Position numbers and translations under genes: made by a program. 64,000 nt of DNA from Paraspadella gotoi. Lineage: Eukaryota > Animalia > Chaetognatha. The notes under the pieces were generated by a model, which worked only from the letters and a program-made list of their open reading frames with translations, was not told the DNA's origin and searched no databases. The DNA is taken from NCBI GenBank assembly GCA_051294375.1, contig CM119263.1, forward strand, positions 26,972,631 through 27,036,630, in the 5' to 3' direction. Shown in pieces: positions 13,340-26,928 of the stretch. The stretch's first letter is position 1; every line of letters begins with the position of its first letter.

Positions 13340-13550
13340 ATCCTCACGTGTCACGCGTCAAGTGTCACTCGTCCCAGCGTAGCAAGGTGATCTCCGTGGA
13401 GTGTCACTCGAACCGAAGGTAGCACGAAGAAAGTCTCCGTGCTTATATATCTTTATATGCCTCACAGAGCGTCACTATTCCTAGCGAAGCATACGAAGCG
13501 GAGAGACGTGAGGCTTCACAAAGGGAGAAAAATCTCACGTGATGTCACGC
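13340..13550 (-). promoter_or_regulatory. Putative KCNN 5' leader/core promoter
   Basis: Minus-strand TATAAAG and TATATAAG at about 13442-13458, roughly 250 bp upstream of the inferred ATG, with CACGTG E-boxes near 13345 and 13536. Inferred from position only. Confidence 0.3.
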
Positions 13551-13807
13551 GGTCGTCGTTGCCCCATGACGGTTGACGTTGACGGTGGAGCGTCTATGTA
13601 GTGTTTCGTTTTTGTTAATTATGGTTTAGTTTTGTTTTCTAAAATCGTGGTTATTTGTTTATTTGTTTGTTTGTGTGTTTTTGGGTTTTGTTTTAATAAT
13701 CCTTTTTTGTTCACTGCAAGAGGTAGGTTTCACCTGTTAACGAAGACGTTGAAATACGATGGTGAAGATGACGACGAAAACGACGAGGACGACGACGACG
13801 ACGAACA

Positions 13808-14549
13808 CGAAGAAGTAGAAATGATTATTTTAAAGACGCTTTGCTGGCGGCTTGATTGTCTGCTCGATTATCTTTCTGATTGTCGGCTCGATTTGTCGGC
13901 TCGACTGTCGCCTCGTAGCATCGATCTTTTTTCTAGTCAATAAATTAATTAGCAACGCTGTGTGAAAAAAAAAAGAGAGAGAAAAAAAAATTGCTATGAA
14001 AAGGATTGAAAATATCGACAAAGTATTAACGGGCATTGTTCGAGAATGGGTTTTAATTTTTTTTTTTTCTTTTTAAGAACGCATAACGAAATGAAAGAAC
14101 GTTTGTAAAAGCGCATCACCTTGGCTCGAGTAAAATAGGGCGCGTGGNNNNNNNNNNNNNNNNNNNNNNNNNNNNNNNCGAAGAAGTAGAAATGATTATT
14201 TTAAAGACGTGAGAGAAATCGCCTTGATTATCCTTTTCGATTGTCGGCTTTACTGGCGGCTTGATTGTCTGCTCGATTATCTTTTAGATTGTCGGCTCGA
14301 TTTGTCGGCTCGACTGTCGTCTCGTTGCATCGATCTTTTTTCTAGTCAATAAATTAATTAGCAACGCTGTGTGAAAAAAAAGAGAGAGAAAAAAAAATGC
14401 TATGAAAAGGATTGAAAATATCGACAAAGTATTAACGGGCATTGTTCGAGAATGGGTTTTAATTTTTTTTTTCTTTTTAAGAACGCATAACGAAATGAAA
14501 GAACGTTTGCAAAAGCGCATCACCTTGGCTCGAGTAAAATAGAGCGCGT
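13808..14549. repeat. About 350-bp direct repeat flanking N-gap 14148-14178
   Basis: 13808-14147 vs 14179-14549 are near-identical, with a few substitutions and one insertion of about 35 bp; consistent with two alleles placed in tandem. Confidence 0.9.
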
Positions 14550-15670
14550 CGACGAATGAGATAAAAGAAGGTGAAAAAAAATTTAATACGGCAATTTGAG
14601 AAATTCAATTTTATCAAGATTGAAAAGTCGAGTTTAATTTTATTAATAAGATTATTAATCGTTTTAGGAAAAAAAAAATTGAAACCTTAAAATCTGCAAC
14701 AACGACAACGCAGATGACGACGACGACGACGACTAGTGCAGCCGGCGCCAAGTGACGCAAGCGGCGTAAACAACGAAGCTCGGGATTTACGTTTCTCTTC
14801 GGAGCCGCGCGGAGATTTCCTTTGGCCTCAAAAAGATTTAGTTGGCCTCATAAAAGGATAAAAAAGATTTTCTATTTGCCCTAAAAAGGATACAGAAAGT
14901 GAGGAGGTCAGATTTCGGCTCCCATTTTTTCTTTCTTTTTTTTAGTGGTCAGACTTTCGTTTCTGACGCCAGATGGACAAGATTGNNNNNNNNNNATTTC
15001 GCTGCAAATCTTTGCCCATTTTATCCCCGCATTTGGTTTCACGCTGATTCAGTAACAGCATCGGCGCCGGGATCGCGTCTCCTCCGATAACAACAACGAC
15101 AACAACTAGGGTTTTCAATTCTACCAGCGGCTCGTAAAGCCCCGGGGTGTCTCGAGAAGGTTAAGCTGTAACAGGTGTAAGAGCATTTTGTGGGCGTGGC
15201 CTTACCTTACTTTACCAAGGTGTATGGAGTGATTGACAATGTCAATTAGGTCGTCCGGAATAGTCAGATTGAGAATTTAACCTTGGAAGCTTTGTCTCCC
15301 TCTCATTCTCTCACGAAGGTTTAATCACGCTCTTCAATCTGTGACATGTGACCTTTGCCCAGTGACTCACTTGTCACTGATTTCGTTTAGGTTAAGACAG
15401 CAATCGCAAAATTTTAAATCTGTGGTCTTAATTTCCATTTATGGGGACAAAGAGATTTCATCTCTGATTTACCAAAGAAAAAAAATCGTCCAGCGGAACC
15501 TCCGTTTTTCTTGCTTTGTCTTAGAGGCAAAAAAAAAAACAACAAAAAACAGAAAAAAAAGGAAAACAAAGAAACATTGAATTCGATGAAACTTTTTTTT
15601 TCTTTTTCTTGTTTTTTTCTCTCAAAGTCTATCAATCGCCGTCTGTTTTTCTCGCTCCTTCGCTCCGCTC

Positions 15671-15709
<39 letters not shown>

Positions 15710-16376
15710 CCGGTTCATCAATCCGAATGAGATTGAACGGAAAGTCTAAAGAAGCGAAGGCATCACAAATTCTCATTTTTTTCCTCTGAATTTTTTTTCT
15801 TTTTTTCCTTTTTTTCTTTTTTTCTCGGTTTAGGTTTTGTTTACTTCTACCTTCGATCAGACTTTCCCGACCCTGCCGACCCTGACAACCTTGCCGGTCC
15901 AGGCGAATCTACTTTGCCCGCCCTTTCGGACCCAGTCGCCGTTCCTCATCCCGTCTATACCAACGCCAAGTTGCCCACACTGACAGCGACGTAAACTCGG
16001 AATCGTTAACGCCATCTTTATTTGTCAGAGGCGCCAAACAAGGCGGCGCCACCAGCGGCGCGATCGGCGATTTGTTCGTATCAGGATTTTCTTTTCTTGT
16101 TACTTTTCTCTTTTTTTTTCTCTTCTCACGTTTACATTCCTCTCTATTTTTATTTCTTCTTTTAAGTGGTCACAATTGTTTTCGTGTATGACGCTGACGA
16201 CAGCGACGACGAAAATGAAGACCAAAAGAAAAGAAATATTTGTCTCAGACAAAATTGGTTAGAGAAGGTTATTCGTTTCTTTATGGTAAGCTAACGGATC
16301 TTTGATTGTTTAAGAGTAGAAAATCGTTGCTTGATAGGCACCGAAAGCAATAAAGTGGAGCGTAAGACAATTCATT

Positions 16377-16470
16377 GGATGTTGCGGTGATGGGCTCTTG
16401 ATTGTAGCAGTGATGTAACGGGTGATGGGCACCTGGATGTAGCGGTGTTGGGCACACGTATGTAGCGGTG
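16377..16470. repeat. Degenerate minisatellite, unit about 23 bp
   Basis: Core ATGTAGCGGTG(A/T)TGGGC recurs about five times. Confidence 0.7.
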
Positions 16471-17850
16471 AAGTTGACGCGTCCGATAATTAATTTTCGA
16501 GCTTTTGAGCCGAAGAGAAGGACACTCGAAACTGGAAAGGACGGAACGGTGAGAAAAGCCGATAAAACTTGCGCGGAAGTTGAGGAGGAAATGAGAAACT
16601 CCCTGTAGAGATATCAGGTGTGTGCTTGAAAACGTAAAAAATGAAAAAAAGGGAATAGTAGAAATATCGCTACTCGTTTCTTTTTCTTCCTTCTTTCGTC
16701 ATTGAAGCCGATTTTTTTTTTAAGATTAATTTTGGTGTCTGATGAATCGTCATTCAATCTCTTGATCGATTCATTCACTGAAGTCTGAATCTTAGTTTTT
16801 ACGGGTTTTTGGATCACAATAAAATGTTTATATTTTCAAAAACTCTTGTGATTCTTTTTTGCACGAGAAACGCCTCGAACTTGCGACCCCGTAGGTCTAA
16901 ATTATATTTATTATATTTAAACATCTCGTAAAACCTGTTCGACTCAAATCATGAGATTTAAAGAAAATACAAATCGTTGAAGAGAATTTTCTACTTTGAT
17001 CCTTTTCGTGACGAAAAAAAATGGCCTCAAAAAAAGAATCAAGTAAATTGTATCATTTGTATGTATAGAGTTTCATCTGTTCATTTAGATTGGATGGTAA
17101 AATATCGTTGCCTAATGTTAGATAAAGATTTCCAATGAACCAAATTTTCGGAACATAATAAAAGAAATACAAAGAGAGGAAAATTATCTGCAACAGGTTA
17201 AGAGGTCGAACTGAAAGTGTGAAATGGGATGATAGAAGGGAAAGGGTCAGGCCTCGGACCTTGAGGAGCAGTCAATTCCCCAAATCCGTTTTCCGGGTCT
17301 CACCGATTCACCGATTGCACAACACCTTTCTCTTCCCTCTTTCGTCTCTTCGCTTTAACGAAAGACATGAAAACCTGACGAGCGAAAGAAACAGATTCAG
17401 AGTTTCCTCGTAAAGGACGAACGCGAGAGACTGTGATTGATTGTGAAGCGGAATCGTTGTGAAATCACAACAAAAGATTGCAGTGAAACACTAGAGAGGA
17501 TGAAATTAAAGAGAGAGAGAGAGTTATACAGGGTAAGGCCTATTGTAGGAAATAATACAAAATAGTCAGTAGTCACTCCTAACAACGAAGAAAAAAATTG
17601 TAATTCAAAGAGTCATGACGGATGACAATAATTCTCGAGATAAAAGAATAAAAAAAACCACAATACAATGCAACTTCCTTGAATTAGAGTAAATTACTAC
17701 AAACTGCATAGAGTGGAAATCATCAGTGAATTTCCGTAAGTTTACCGCATTTCAGGAAGACGAACTAGTTTCAAATGCAGGACTCAGAATCCCAGCGATT
17801 CACCGTGAATCTCCCCGCAGCCGAATCACCGAATCACACACTAAATCAGA

Positions 17851-18149
17851 GTGAAACGAGCGCGTTTACTCGAGATATAAGGAGATCGTAAACCGACTGC
17901 GAGGTCGCGAAGGGAGACCAACTCCGGCGCCTTAAATACATTAAAGGAACCTTTTTTTTGCGGCGCGGCGCCGGTTCCGTCGGCTACCGCGCCTTTAATG
18001 GCCGGAACCCTCCGTCGCAATCCAATCTCGAGATCCGGAGACCCAAGTGTCGGCCGACGGTGAAGAACCTCGTTCGTCGTCGGAGAAATTAGAAGAAGTG
18101 AAATTTCGCAATTTCACTGAGATCCGCCGTTTTTAACGAATTATTCGTC

Positions 18150-18234
<85 letters not shown>

Positions 18235-19558
18235 TCTCTGCCTCCTCTCGCTCTCTATCGTTTCAGTCTCTCTCTCTCTCTCCACTTAAAGCCTACCAAT
18301 GGAACCGAGACGGGGAAACTGACATCTTCATTTATTATCGTTCCGGACCTTGCGTCCTTACTCCGTTTCTCTTAATTCAATTTAGCGAAATCAAGATCTC
18401 GAAACGCTTCGTTAAAAACGAACCATTGCGATAAATGAGCAAAATGGGAAATGAAAGTAAAATAAATTAACGGAAGTGATAAATCAACGACTCCATTTTA
18501 AAAACGATTACAAGGCTTAACAAATATTTTGAAAACCATGTTGATCAGTAGCATCAACGATTATAAAAGGCGGTTGTTTTTAGAAGAAAAGTTTGAAAAA
18601 GTGGAAATCCTTTGAAAGAGACTGTTGCCAGTCGTTAGAACCAATTCACTCGGAAAATTCCTACTTGTGTGAAAGAAAAAAAAACTATTTGGATGCGTCG
18701 CCAGTTTTTTTTTTCTTCTTTTTTTTCAAAACCACCCCACCCCCCACTCACCCGCTCATCCGCTACCCCTTCGCCCTCACACCCCCTCACCTCCTTCACT
18801 CAACCAAATCTGGTCAAAAATTGGCGAAACCTCGATTGTCCCAATCGAATCAACGTGAACCAAAACGTAATCGCCGTTGCGAGACCAGACTCCAATATTT
18901 GAAGATACTTTTCATTACTTTTACATTACATTTTCTTTTTTGTACCTCATGTAAATTGTCCTCATTGTTCACCACTCACCCTAAATAGACCCCCAACGAC
19001 GGCCCCCACCAAGGCGAAACCAAGGCCCCACCCAGGTCCCACCTTGGCATTAACCAATATCCACTCCACATCCGCTTCGTCGTTTCAAAGTTTTTTTTTC
19101 AATTTCATTTTCGATCGATAAATTTTCTTTTCTTTTCGCCAAAACAGGAACTCAAAAAGCTTTTCACTTCTCCAATTCTTTTCTTCTCTTCACTTTTCGT
19201 TTCTTTTCTTTTCTTTTCTTTGAGAGAGAGAGATGTGAACGAGCTGCGTTTATCGAGATATATAAGGAGATCGTAAACGGACGTGGCGAGGTCGCGAAAG
19301 GGTAGACCCAACTCCGTGCGCCTTAAATACATTAAAGGAACCTTTTTTTGCGGCCGCGGCGCCGAGTTCCGTCGGCTACCGAGCGCCTTTAATGGCCGGG
19401 AACCCTTGCCGTCGCAATCCAATCTGCGGATCCGGAGACCCAAGGTCGGCCGACGGCTGAAGAACCTCGTTCGTCGTTCGGAGAAATTAGAAGAAATGTG
19501 AAAATTTCGCAATTTCTCTGAGATCGCGCCGTGTTTTCAACGATACTCCTCATCTCCT

Positions 19559-19604
<46 letters not shown>

Positions 19605-21363
19605 CTCTCTCTTCTCTCGTCTCCTCTCTCTCTCTCTTCTCTCTCTCTCTCTCATCTTCAGTCTCCTCTCCACTTAAAAGCCTACCAAGTCGGAACCGAG
19701 ACGGGGAAACTACATCTTCACTGTTACTTACGTTCCGGACCTTTGCGTCGTTACTCCGTTTCTCTAATTTCAATTAGGCGAAAATCAAGATCTCGAAACG
19801 CTTCGTTTAAAAACGAACCGATTGCGGTATAATGAGCCAAAAATGGCGAAATGAAAGCTTAAAATAATATTTAAGCGGAAGTATAAATCAACGACTCCAT
19901 TTAAAAACGATTATACAAGGCTTAAACAAATATTTTTGGAAAAACCATGTTGATACAGTAGCATGCAACACGATTATAAAAGGCGGATTGTTTTTAGAAG
20001 GAATAAGTTTGAAAAAGTGGAAATCCTCTTGAAAGAGACTGTTGGCCAGTGCGTTAGAACCAATTCACTCGGAAAAATTCCTACTTGTGTGAAAAGAAAA
20101 AAAAACTATTTGGATGCTCAAAGTGTTTTTTTTTTCTTCTTTTTTTTCAAAACCACCCTACCCCCTAACACTCACCCGCTCCATCCGCTACCGTCCTTTC
20201 GGCCCTCACACAGCCCCTCACCCCTTTCACTAACCAAATCTGGTGCAAAAATTGGGAGAAACTCGATTGCCAATCGAATCAACGTGAACCAAAAACGAAT
20301 CGCCGTTGCGAGACCAGACTCCAATATTTGAAGATACTTTTCATTACTTTTACATTACATTTTCTTTTTTTGTTTACCTCATGTAATGTCCTCCATTGTT
20401 CACCGCACTCACCCTAAATAGACCCCCAACGGACGGCCGCCCCACCAAGGCGAAACCAGGCCCACCCAGGTCCCACCTAGGCATTAACCAAATCCACTCC
20501 AACATCCGCTTCGTCGTTTCAAAGTTTTTTTTTTCAATTTCATTTCGATCGATAAATTTTTTTCTTTTCGCCAAACAGGAACTCAAAAAGCTTTTCACTT
20601 CTCAATTCTTTTCTTTCTTTCACTTTTCGTTTCTTTTCTTTTCTTTTCTTTTCTTTTCTTTTTCTCTTCATAGCTTTTCTTCTCTTGCTCTTCTCTCCTT
20701 CTCTCTCCTTCTCTCTCTTTCTCTTCTCTTCTCTCTTCTATTCTTTTCTTCATTTTGCTTCCCCTTTTTTTTTTTCTTCTCCCATTCTTCCGCTTAATTT
20801 TCCCTCTCCACCCTTCCCACCAAGCAAAACTAATCATAGCATCTCTTCGCCATTTCTCCCTCGAAACAACCCACGTCTTCACCCCCCACATTCCACCCCC
20901 ACCTCACCTCCAACCTCACCCCCCACCCCCCACCCCCTAACTCCCTCCCCCCTAAAAAAAATTTCACGCGATTGTGACGAAAAAAAAAGTTTGTCTTACT
21001 CTGCGTCCCGCGAACTGCGTCTCGATTTTTCCTTTTCGTTGAATTTTCGATCGAGCGCTNNNNNNNNNNNNNNNNNNNNNNNNNCTCTCTGCTTCTCTTC
21101 TCTTCTTCTTCTCTTCTCTTCTCTTCTCTTCTCTTCTCTTCTCTTCTCTTCTCTTCTCTCTCTTCTATTCTTTTCTTCATTTTGCTTCCCCTTTTCTTTT
21201 TTCTTCTCCCATTCTTCCGCTTAATTTTCCCTCTCCACCCTTCCCCCAAAGCAAAACTAATCATAGCATCTGCTTACGCCTAATTTACTCATACTCGAAA
21301 CAACCACACCTCTATACACAACACACCAAGCTTCTATCCCACCCCACCTACATACCTCCAACC
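17851..21363. repeat. Tandem duplications: about 1.4 kb (17851-19218 / 19234-20635) and about 0.25 kb (20686-20922 / 21085-21363)
   Basis: Colinear copies differing by dense 1-nt indels; the second pair flanks N-gap 21060-21084. Confidence 0.88.
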
Positions 21364-22220
21364 TCGGAAGTTCGGAAGTTCGGGACTGTGAACTTTTTTT
21401 AATATTATATATTAAAAGAAGTTAGGACCGGGAAATCATTAAGTTTAACGTAAATCGTGCCTTTTCAACCAAAGATCGTTCCCTACATTCTTCCAAATTG
21501 CATGCATGCATGCAACTGCATGCGAATTCTTTCAAGTCTCACCGTTCCCTTCTCACTCACGATTCACCCCACAATCCCCGACACAATTTCAATCACACTC
21601 TCTCTCTCTCCCCACTCGCCCTAAAATCGTCCCAACTGGATTTTCCCTTTTCGCCAAACTCGGTCCCCAATCTCTGACCCCGGAATTCTTCTCGAGTTCC
21701 TTCAACTTTCGTCGCGGGTCAGACTCGGCAAACGAAGAGGAGAAATGGGAGAGGGAAATCGACGGAGATTTTGTCAAAATGAATCGAGAAAAAGTGAGAG
21801 AGAAAGATGTTGAAAGAGAAAGAGAAAGAGAGAGAGAAAGATGTTGAAAGAGAAAGAGAAAGAGAGAGAGAAAGATGTTGAAAGAGAATGAGACAGAGAC
21901 GTTAAAAGAGTAAGAGATTTTGAAAAAAAATAAATTGAATCGCTGAATGGATTAGGCAAATATCTATAATACTTGAAAAGACCATCACCGATGAATAAAA
22001 CGCGGTAACAGAGAAAAGGATTAAGAAATATAATTCCGGGAGAGGAAGAAGATTCACTTGTGATGAAAAAAATAAAAAAATAGTGATTTTTTTTTATTGC
22101 AAGGACTACTCACTTGATAAAAAAAAATATTAACAGATTGAAGGAAATTTGATGGTAGACTATGAGTTTATTGCGAGAGTCAAATTCGTAAAACATTTCG
22201 TCGTTTGTTGTCGAAAAATC

Positions 22221-22262
22221 AGGCCTGATGAAGGTTCGAACAAGAACCGAAACATGTCCGTT
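22221..22262 (+). ncRNA. Penelope-type minimal hammerhead ribozyme, stem I degenerate
   Basis: AGGC CTGATGA(22225-22231) A GGTTC gaacaa GAACC GAAA CATG TC CGTT. Intact core, perfect 5-bp stem II, ACATGT palindrome, followed by AATTAAA and AATAAA; stem I pairs poorly. Confidence 0.7.
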
Positions 22263-23514
22263 ACAAATTAAATCATCTTGCTTAATTAAAATAAAAACTC
22301 TCTACTGTAAACGAAATTCAATACAACGAAACAGAAAGGAAATTAAATAAAGAAATTAAATCAAACATTTGAAAGAAATAAATTTAACAGGGTTATTTTT
22401 ATTTGTTCGATTTATTTCCATTGTTATCGATCCTCCCACACTTGAAACAAAGAATTGCTTGCTGTACCCAGGTAACTCATTATAACGCTAAGTAATTATA
22501 ACTATAACTACATAACGTAACGCTGACAAATTACGAACACCGTAGATAAGTGAATTTTTTTAAAAAATTCCTTATAGTCGATTAGTATTACATTAAGAAA
22601 ATTCGTAGTGGGGTTTAACAAGTTTGTTTTTTTTTCACTATTTCATTCAAAAAAATAATAAAAATGCACTGAAGTCATACTTAAATAAATTACTAAATTA
22701 CAAATTCTTACAATCGAATTATTACTGTATTTAAAGTTAAATTAGGCTGATGATTTTTCTTTTAATTTTTTTTATTTAATCGAATCGGTAAATTGGGCGC
22801 TGCTCCATTATTCAAAACGAAAATAAAACATCTTTTAGGGAATTCAAACGGTTTTTTTCTGCGCAGAATTTTTAAATTGTTTCATGTTTACTCGTATGTT
22901 TATTCGCGAAAAAATTTTACATTTACGAAGCGACTAAACGAGAAGCCAATTTGCTTGGTTGTCTTCGTAATTTATAATATATCGTATTATTATCATTCTA
23001 GGTTTATTATTAATTAATTAAATCCGAGACTTTTTTTTTATTTCGGCGACGACTGTATTTCTCCGAAAAAAACAACCACGGCGTCGAAGAGACGAAAGGA
23101 AATTAAAAAGTTGAATAAAATGGCAAATAAGCTGATCCTCTTTTTAATTTTTTATAAGTGGATTTATTCGATTCGAGATTTTTTTTAAAATCGATTTTGA
23201 TTTTTTAGATGTGTCGAGTGGCGTCGCTGCGGTAGCGGCAGTGGTGGCGGTGTTTAAGGGGCGGCCTTCGTAGCGTTGGCGGGGGAGTCGGCGGCGGCGG
23301 CGCGGCGGCGGTGGCGGTTGCCGTGGAGGCGCCTCGTCTAAAAAAAAAACCAAAATGTTTGTCCAGCCATTTTTGGGAATTCTTTGTACTGAAGAGGAGC
23401 CGGCCGTTGTTGTTGTTGTTTCAGACGCTTTGGTTCTGGAAACGATAGCAAAAACAGAAAGTAAAAAAGGTTAGGAAAAGAGAAACAGAGAGAGAAAAGA
23501 AATACTTGTGTGAG

Positions 23515-23566
<52 letters not shown>

Positions 23567-23667
23567 AAGAAGAGAAGAAGAGAGAGAGAGAGAAAAGCAG
23601 CAAAACCAATTAGTTGTTTTCCTCATTGCGTGTTCGACGCCAGGTTCCACGATCAGATTCATTCTAC

Positions 23668-23730
<63 letters not shown>

Positions 23731-26185
23731 GATTCGTCTATACATATTCTTTCCGGTAAGGCCATTCCTTCGGGTTTGTGCGTCTGGTATTTCTTGGTTG
23801 AGGATACGTAATGTCTTTTTTTTTCTCTTTTGGAGAATAAAACGGATTCCGTCGTCTTCTTTCTTTTTCTTCTTTTTTCTCTTTCTTTTTTTCCTCTTTC
23901 TTTCTCCGGTTCCATCATGAAAGTGGCATCATGCTCTTCCCAAAACTTCTCGTCTCCATCATGAGACGAACACAAAAAAATGTCTTCATAGTTTCTCTTC
24001 TCTTCCTCCGCGGAGCCACTCCTACTCCTCTTCTCTTCCCTTCTCCAATCTTTTCTTCCTCCTCTTCTCTCTCAACTTTTTCCCTTCCTCCTTTCCTTTC
24101 CTTCTTTTTCTCATTTTTCCCTCTTTCACTTTTCTCTCTTCCCTTAGTCTACCTCTTTTCGTCATATCGTCGTCGTCATCGTCGACGTGGTGTATTCGTT
24201 TGTAGATCGTCGTTATTCATATCGTCGTCGTCGTCATCATTGTTGTCGCCCTTGTCATTGTATCATTGTCGTCCATCGTTATGCTTCGTTTTTTGTCATA
24301 GTCGTCATCATCATTATTGTCATCGTTCTCATCAATGTTATCATCCTTATCGTCATCATCTTTGTCCACCATCATCATAGCCGTTGTCCCATCGTTTGTG
24401 TCATCATTATTGTCCTCATTGCCTACGTCAATTGTTATGATCATCGTGATCATTGCCATCATCATCATCGTCGCATTTGTATACTCATCACATCGTGCTC
24501 GTTCGTCATTGCTTCTCATCCCTCATCTTCATCATTGTCATTATCATCCAACTTATCGTCGTCGTGCGTCGCGTCGTCATCCCTTTTATCGTCGTCGTCG
24601 ATCCTCCCTCACGCGGGACGAAACCAAACTCCAACTTTATTCTTTCGTTTATCGATTTTTTTCTCGCGTCGGAATTGTTCTTCGCGCCGCGTGAGAGAAA
24701 GCGAGGCGAGGCGCGGCGCGAACACGGGCGGGGGCGAGGCCAAGGGCGGTTTGGGGGGTGTGGGCGGCGGGGGCCGCGTCTTTCGGTGGTGGTGGAGTGG
24801 TGGCGGTTGCGTTCGATGACAACGCGACATTCGAACTCGGGTAATATAATCTGTCAAAGTCAGGAGGCAATTAGCTTTTTCATTGAATGAAAGAATAATT
24901 TTTATATCGATTGAATAATGTTATAAATATCAAAATTACGTAAATTAATACTTCCTTTTTCTAGTTATATTTAAACACGCAACTCCGGTAATATAGGTGT
25001 AAATCAGATGACGAGATTTCCTGACTGGTCAAACCAACGCGATTCTGAAGATGGAAGAAAGACAGAAAACGGACGACGAGCGACGACGAACGACGACGAA
25101 GACGACGACGACGTTGGCACAGGTTACTCGTCTTGGCGGGCGAAACCAATGGAAGACTCGAAGAGACGGAGATCGAAAGCGGAAGGAGGCGACCTTTCCT
25201 CTTGGAACATCAAGGTCAATTGAGAGAAAAGAGAGAAAGAAGAGGGAAAAGGGAAACGGGATAAAAAGAGGAAATGGATATAATAAGATAAAAAAAGCAA
25301 ATGGGATAGAAAGACGGAAAATGGATAGAAATAGATAAAAAAAGCGAAATGGGAGAGAAAGACCAATCCCACTTTCTTATCAATCTTTGGATGTTAAGCC
25401 AATGCTTAGCCAAATAAACCAGTGACACAAGGTAGCTAGAGTGAATGTTAACGTCCGTACTGTTTGCAGCATACTAAATAGGTAAATCATATATCCCTGC
25501 TTCGTACTTATATCGACGTCAGAAATAACCACCATAATAACTAAAATTTCCGAAACTTATCTTCAGGTCATTATAAAGAATTTTCGATTTAGGAATTTCA
25601 GTATGTTTTTAAAACATGTTTTTTAAAACCGGGCTGTTATAATCAGCATCAAATAGTCGCGTTCCTTGCAATATGCAATTCGATCAGAAATTTCTAACTT
25701 CACAGATTCTGAGAAATATAAATCTTCCGATGACGATAATGACTATAAAGACGACGACCAAAACGACGACGATATCAATGACGATACAACGACAATGAGC
25801 GATAACCAGAGCGCTTTCTCATTGGTTCCCTGCCTGGCAACAAACAACATTATCATGATTCCATCTCCAAGAAAAATTTGCAAGAGAAAAAGCGGAACCA
25901 GAACGACGAAAGTCGACGACGCACGACGAACGACGCGACAATGTTCTCTCTCCGACACATGTCGAGTTCCTTTTTCCGACGCCCGACTATCGTTGCAGTA
26001 TAACGCCAAACCTCGTAACAATACGCTTCTTTATCCCGTTACAATTGGGAAAAAAATCTCGGCGCCGTTCCGCGACGTCGGGAAAATCTCGTGGCGTTTC
26101 AACCCTCAACCCTGAGAAAGGCGAGGCACGCGACCAGAAAGCGCAGATCGCCGTTGGTAATCATGACCCGAGACGAACATAGACG

Positions 26186-26235
<50 letters not shown>

Positions 26236-26928
26236 CTCTCTCTCGCGTTTTATTTCCTCTGTTTTGCTTCCTTCTTTTTAGATTTTCCACCGCGGGAGAA
26301 TTCTAGTTCGGTACCGAATTCCCGATGGAAGAATCAGAGCTAATCGCTTCGAACCAACGGGTGCGGTGGAGGGGGAATGTGGCCGATGGGGTGGCGAAGG
26401 TAAGGCGTGGTTCGGAGCCTGAAAAATTACGAGTTAAGGGTTCGAGAATCGCGGCGCAATGAAGTTTAGAACGAAGGAGAGCTAATTTGTCAATTGTCGT
26501 TGGGAAAAGATTGGCAATATTTGAAATAGCTGATTAGAAAGCGTTCGGTAAGTTGAGTTGATTAGTCTATCTAAAACGTAAGGGAGAGCAAGAAAGAATT
26601 AAAATAACAGTAGTTAGTCACTTGAGTGAGTTCAAATTTAAAGCACACCAAAGGTTGCAACAAGACAAAAAAATGCGGACCTTCCCACAAAAAAAAAAAC
26701 TCGATTTCGTGGAAAGTCCGGGTTGAAAAAGTAAGTTAGGATGAAAGTAGGGTAAGGCCTTTATCGCCGAAGGCCAGTCGTTGTCGGGCAACGGTGGACA
26801 GATTGGCGGGCGATTGCAGAGTAATTGAAGGGCGAATGGCGGGCGATCGGCGCTTTGTAATAGATACGTTATTATAATCTTTCCTTGTACAGTATATGCA
26901 GTTCAAGAGCATTAAAAAAAAGTCTCTT

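Noticed and set aside
12931-16470. Short direct repeats considered as CRISPR-like arrays
   Set aside because: Head-to-tail repeats without unique spacers, eukaryotic context, no cas genes.
25741-25758. DYKDDD resembling a FLAG tag
   Set aside because: Incomplete match within a natural GAC/GAT-rich tract; no vector context.
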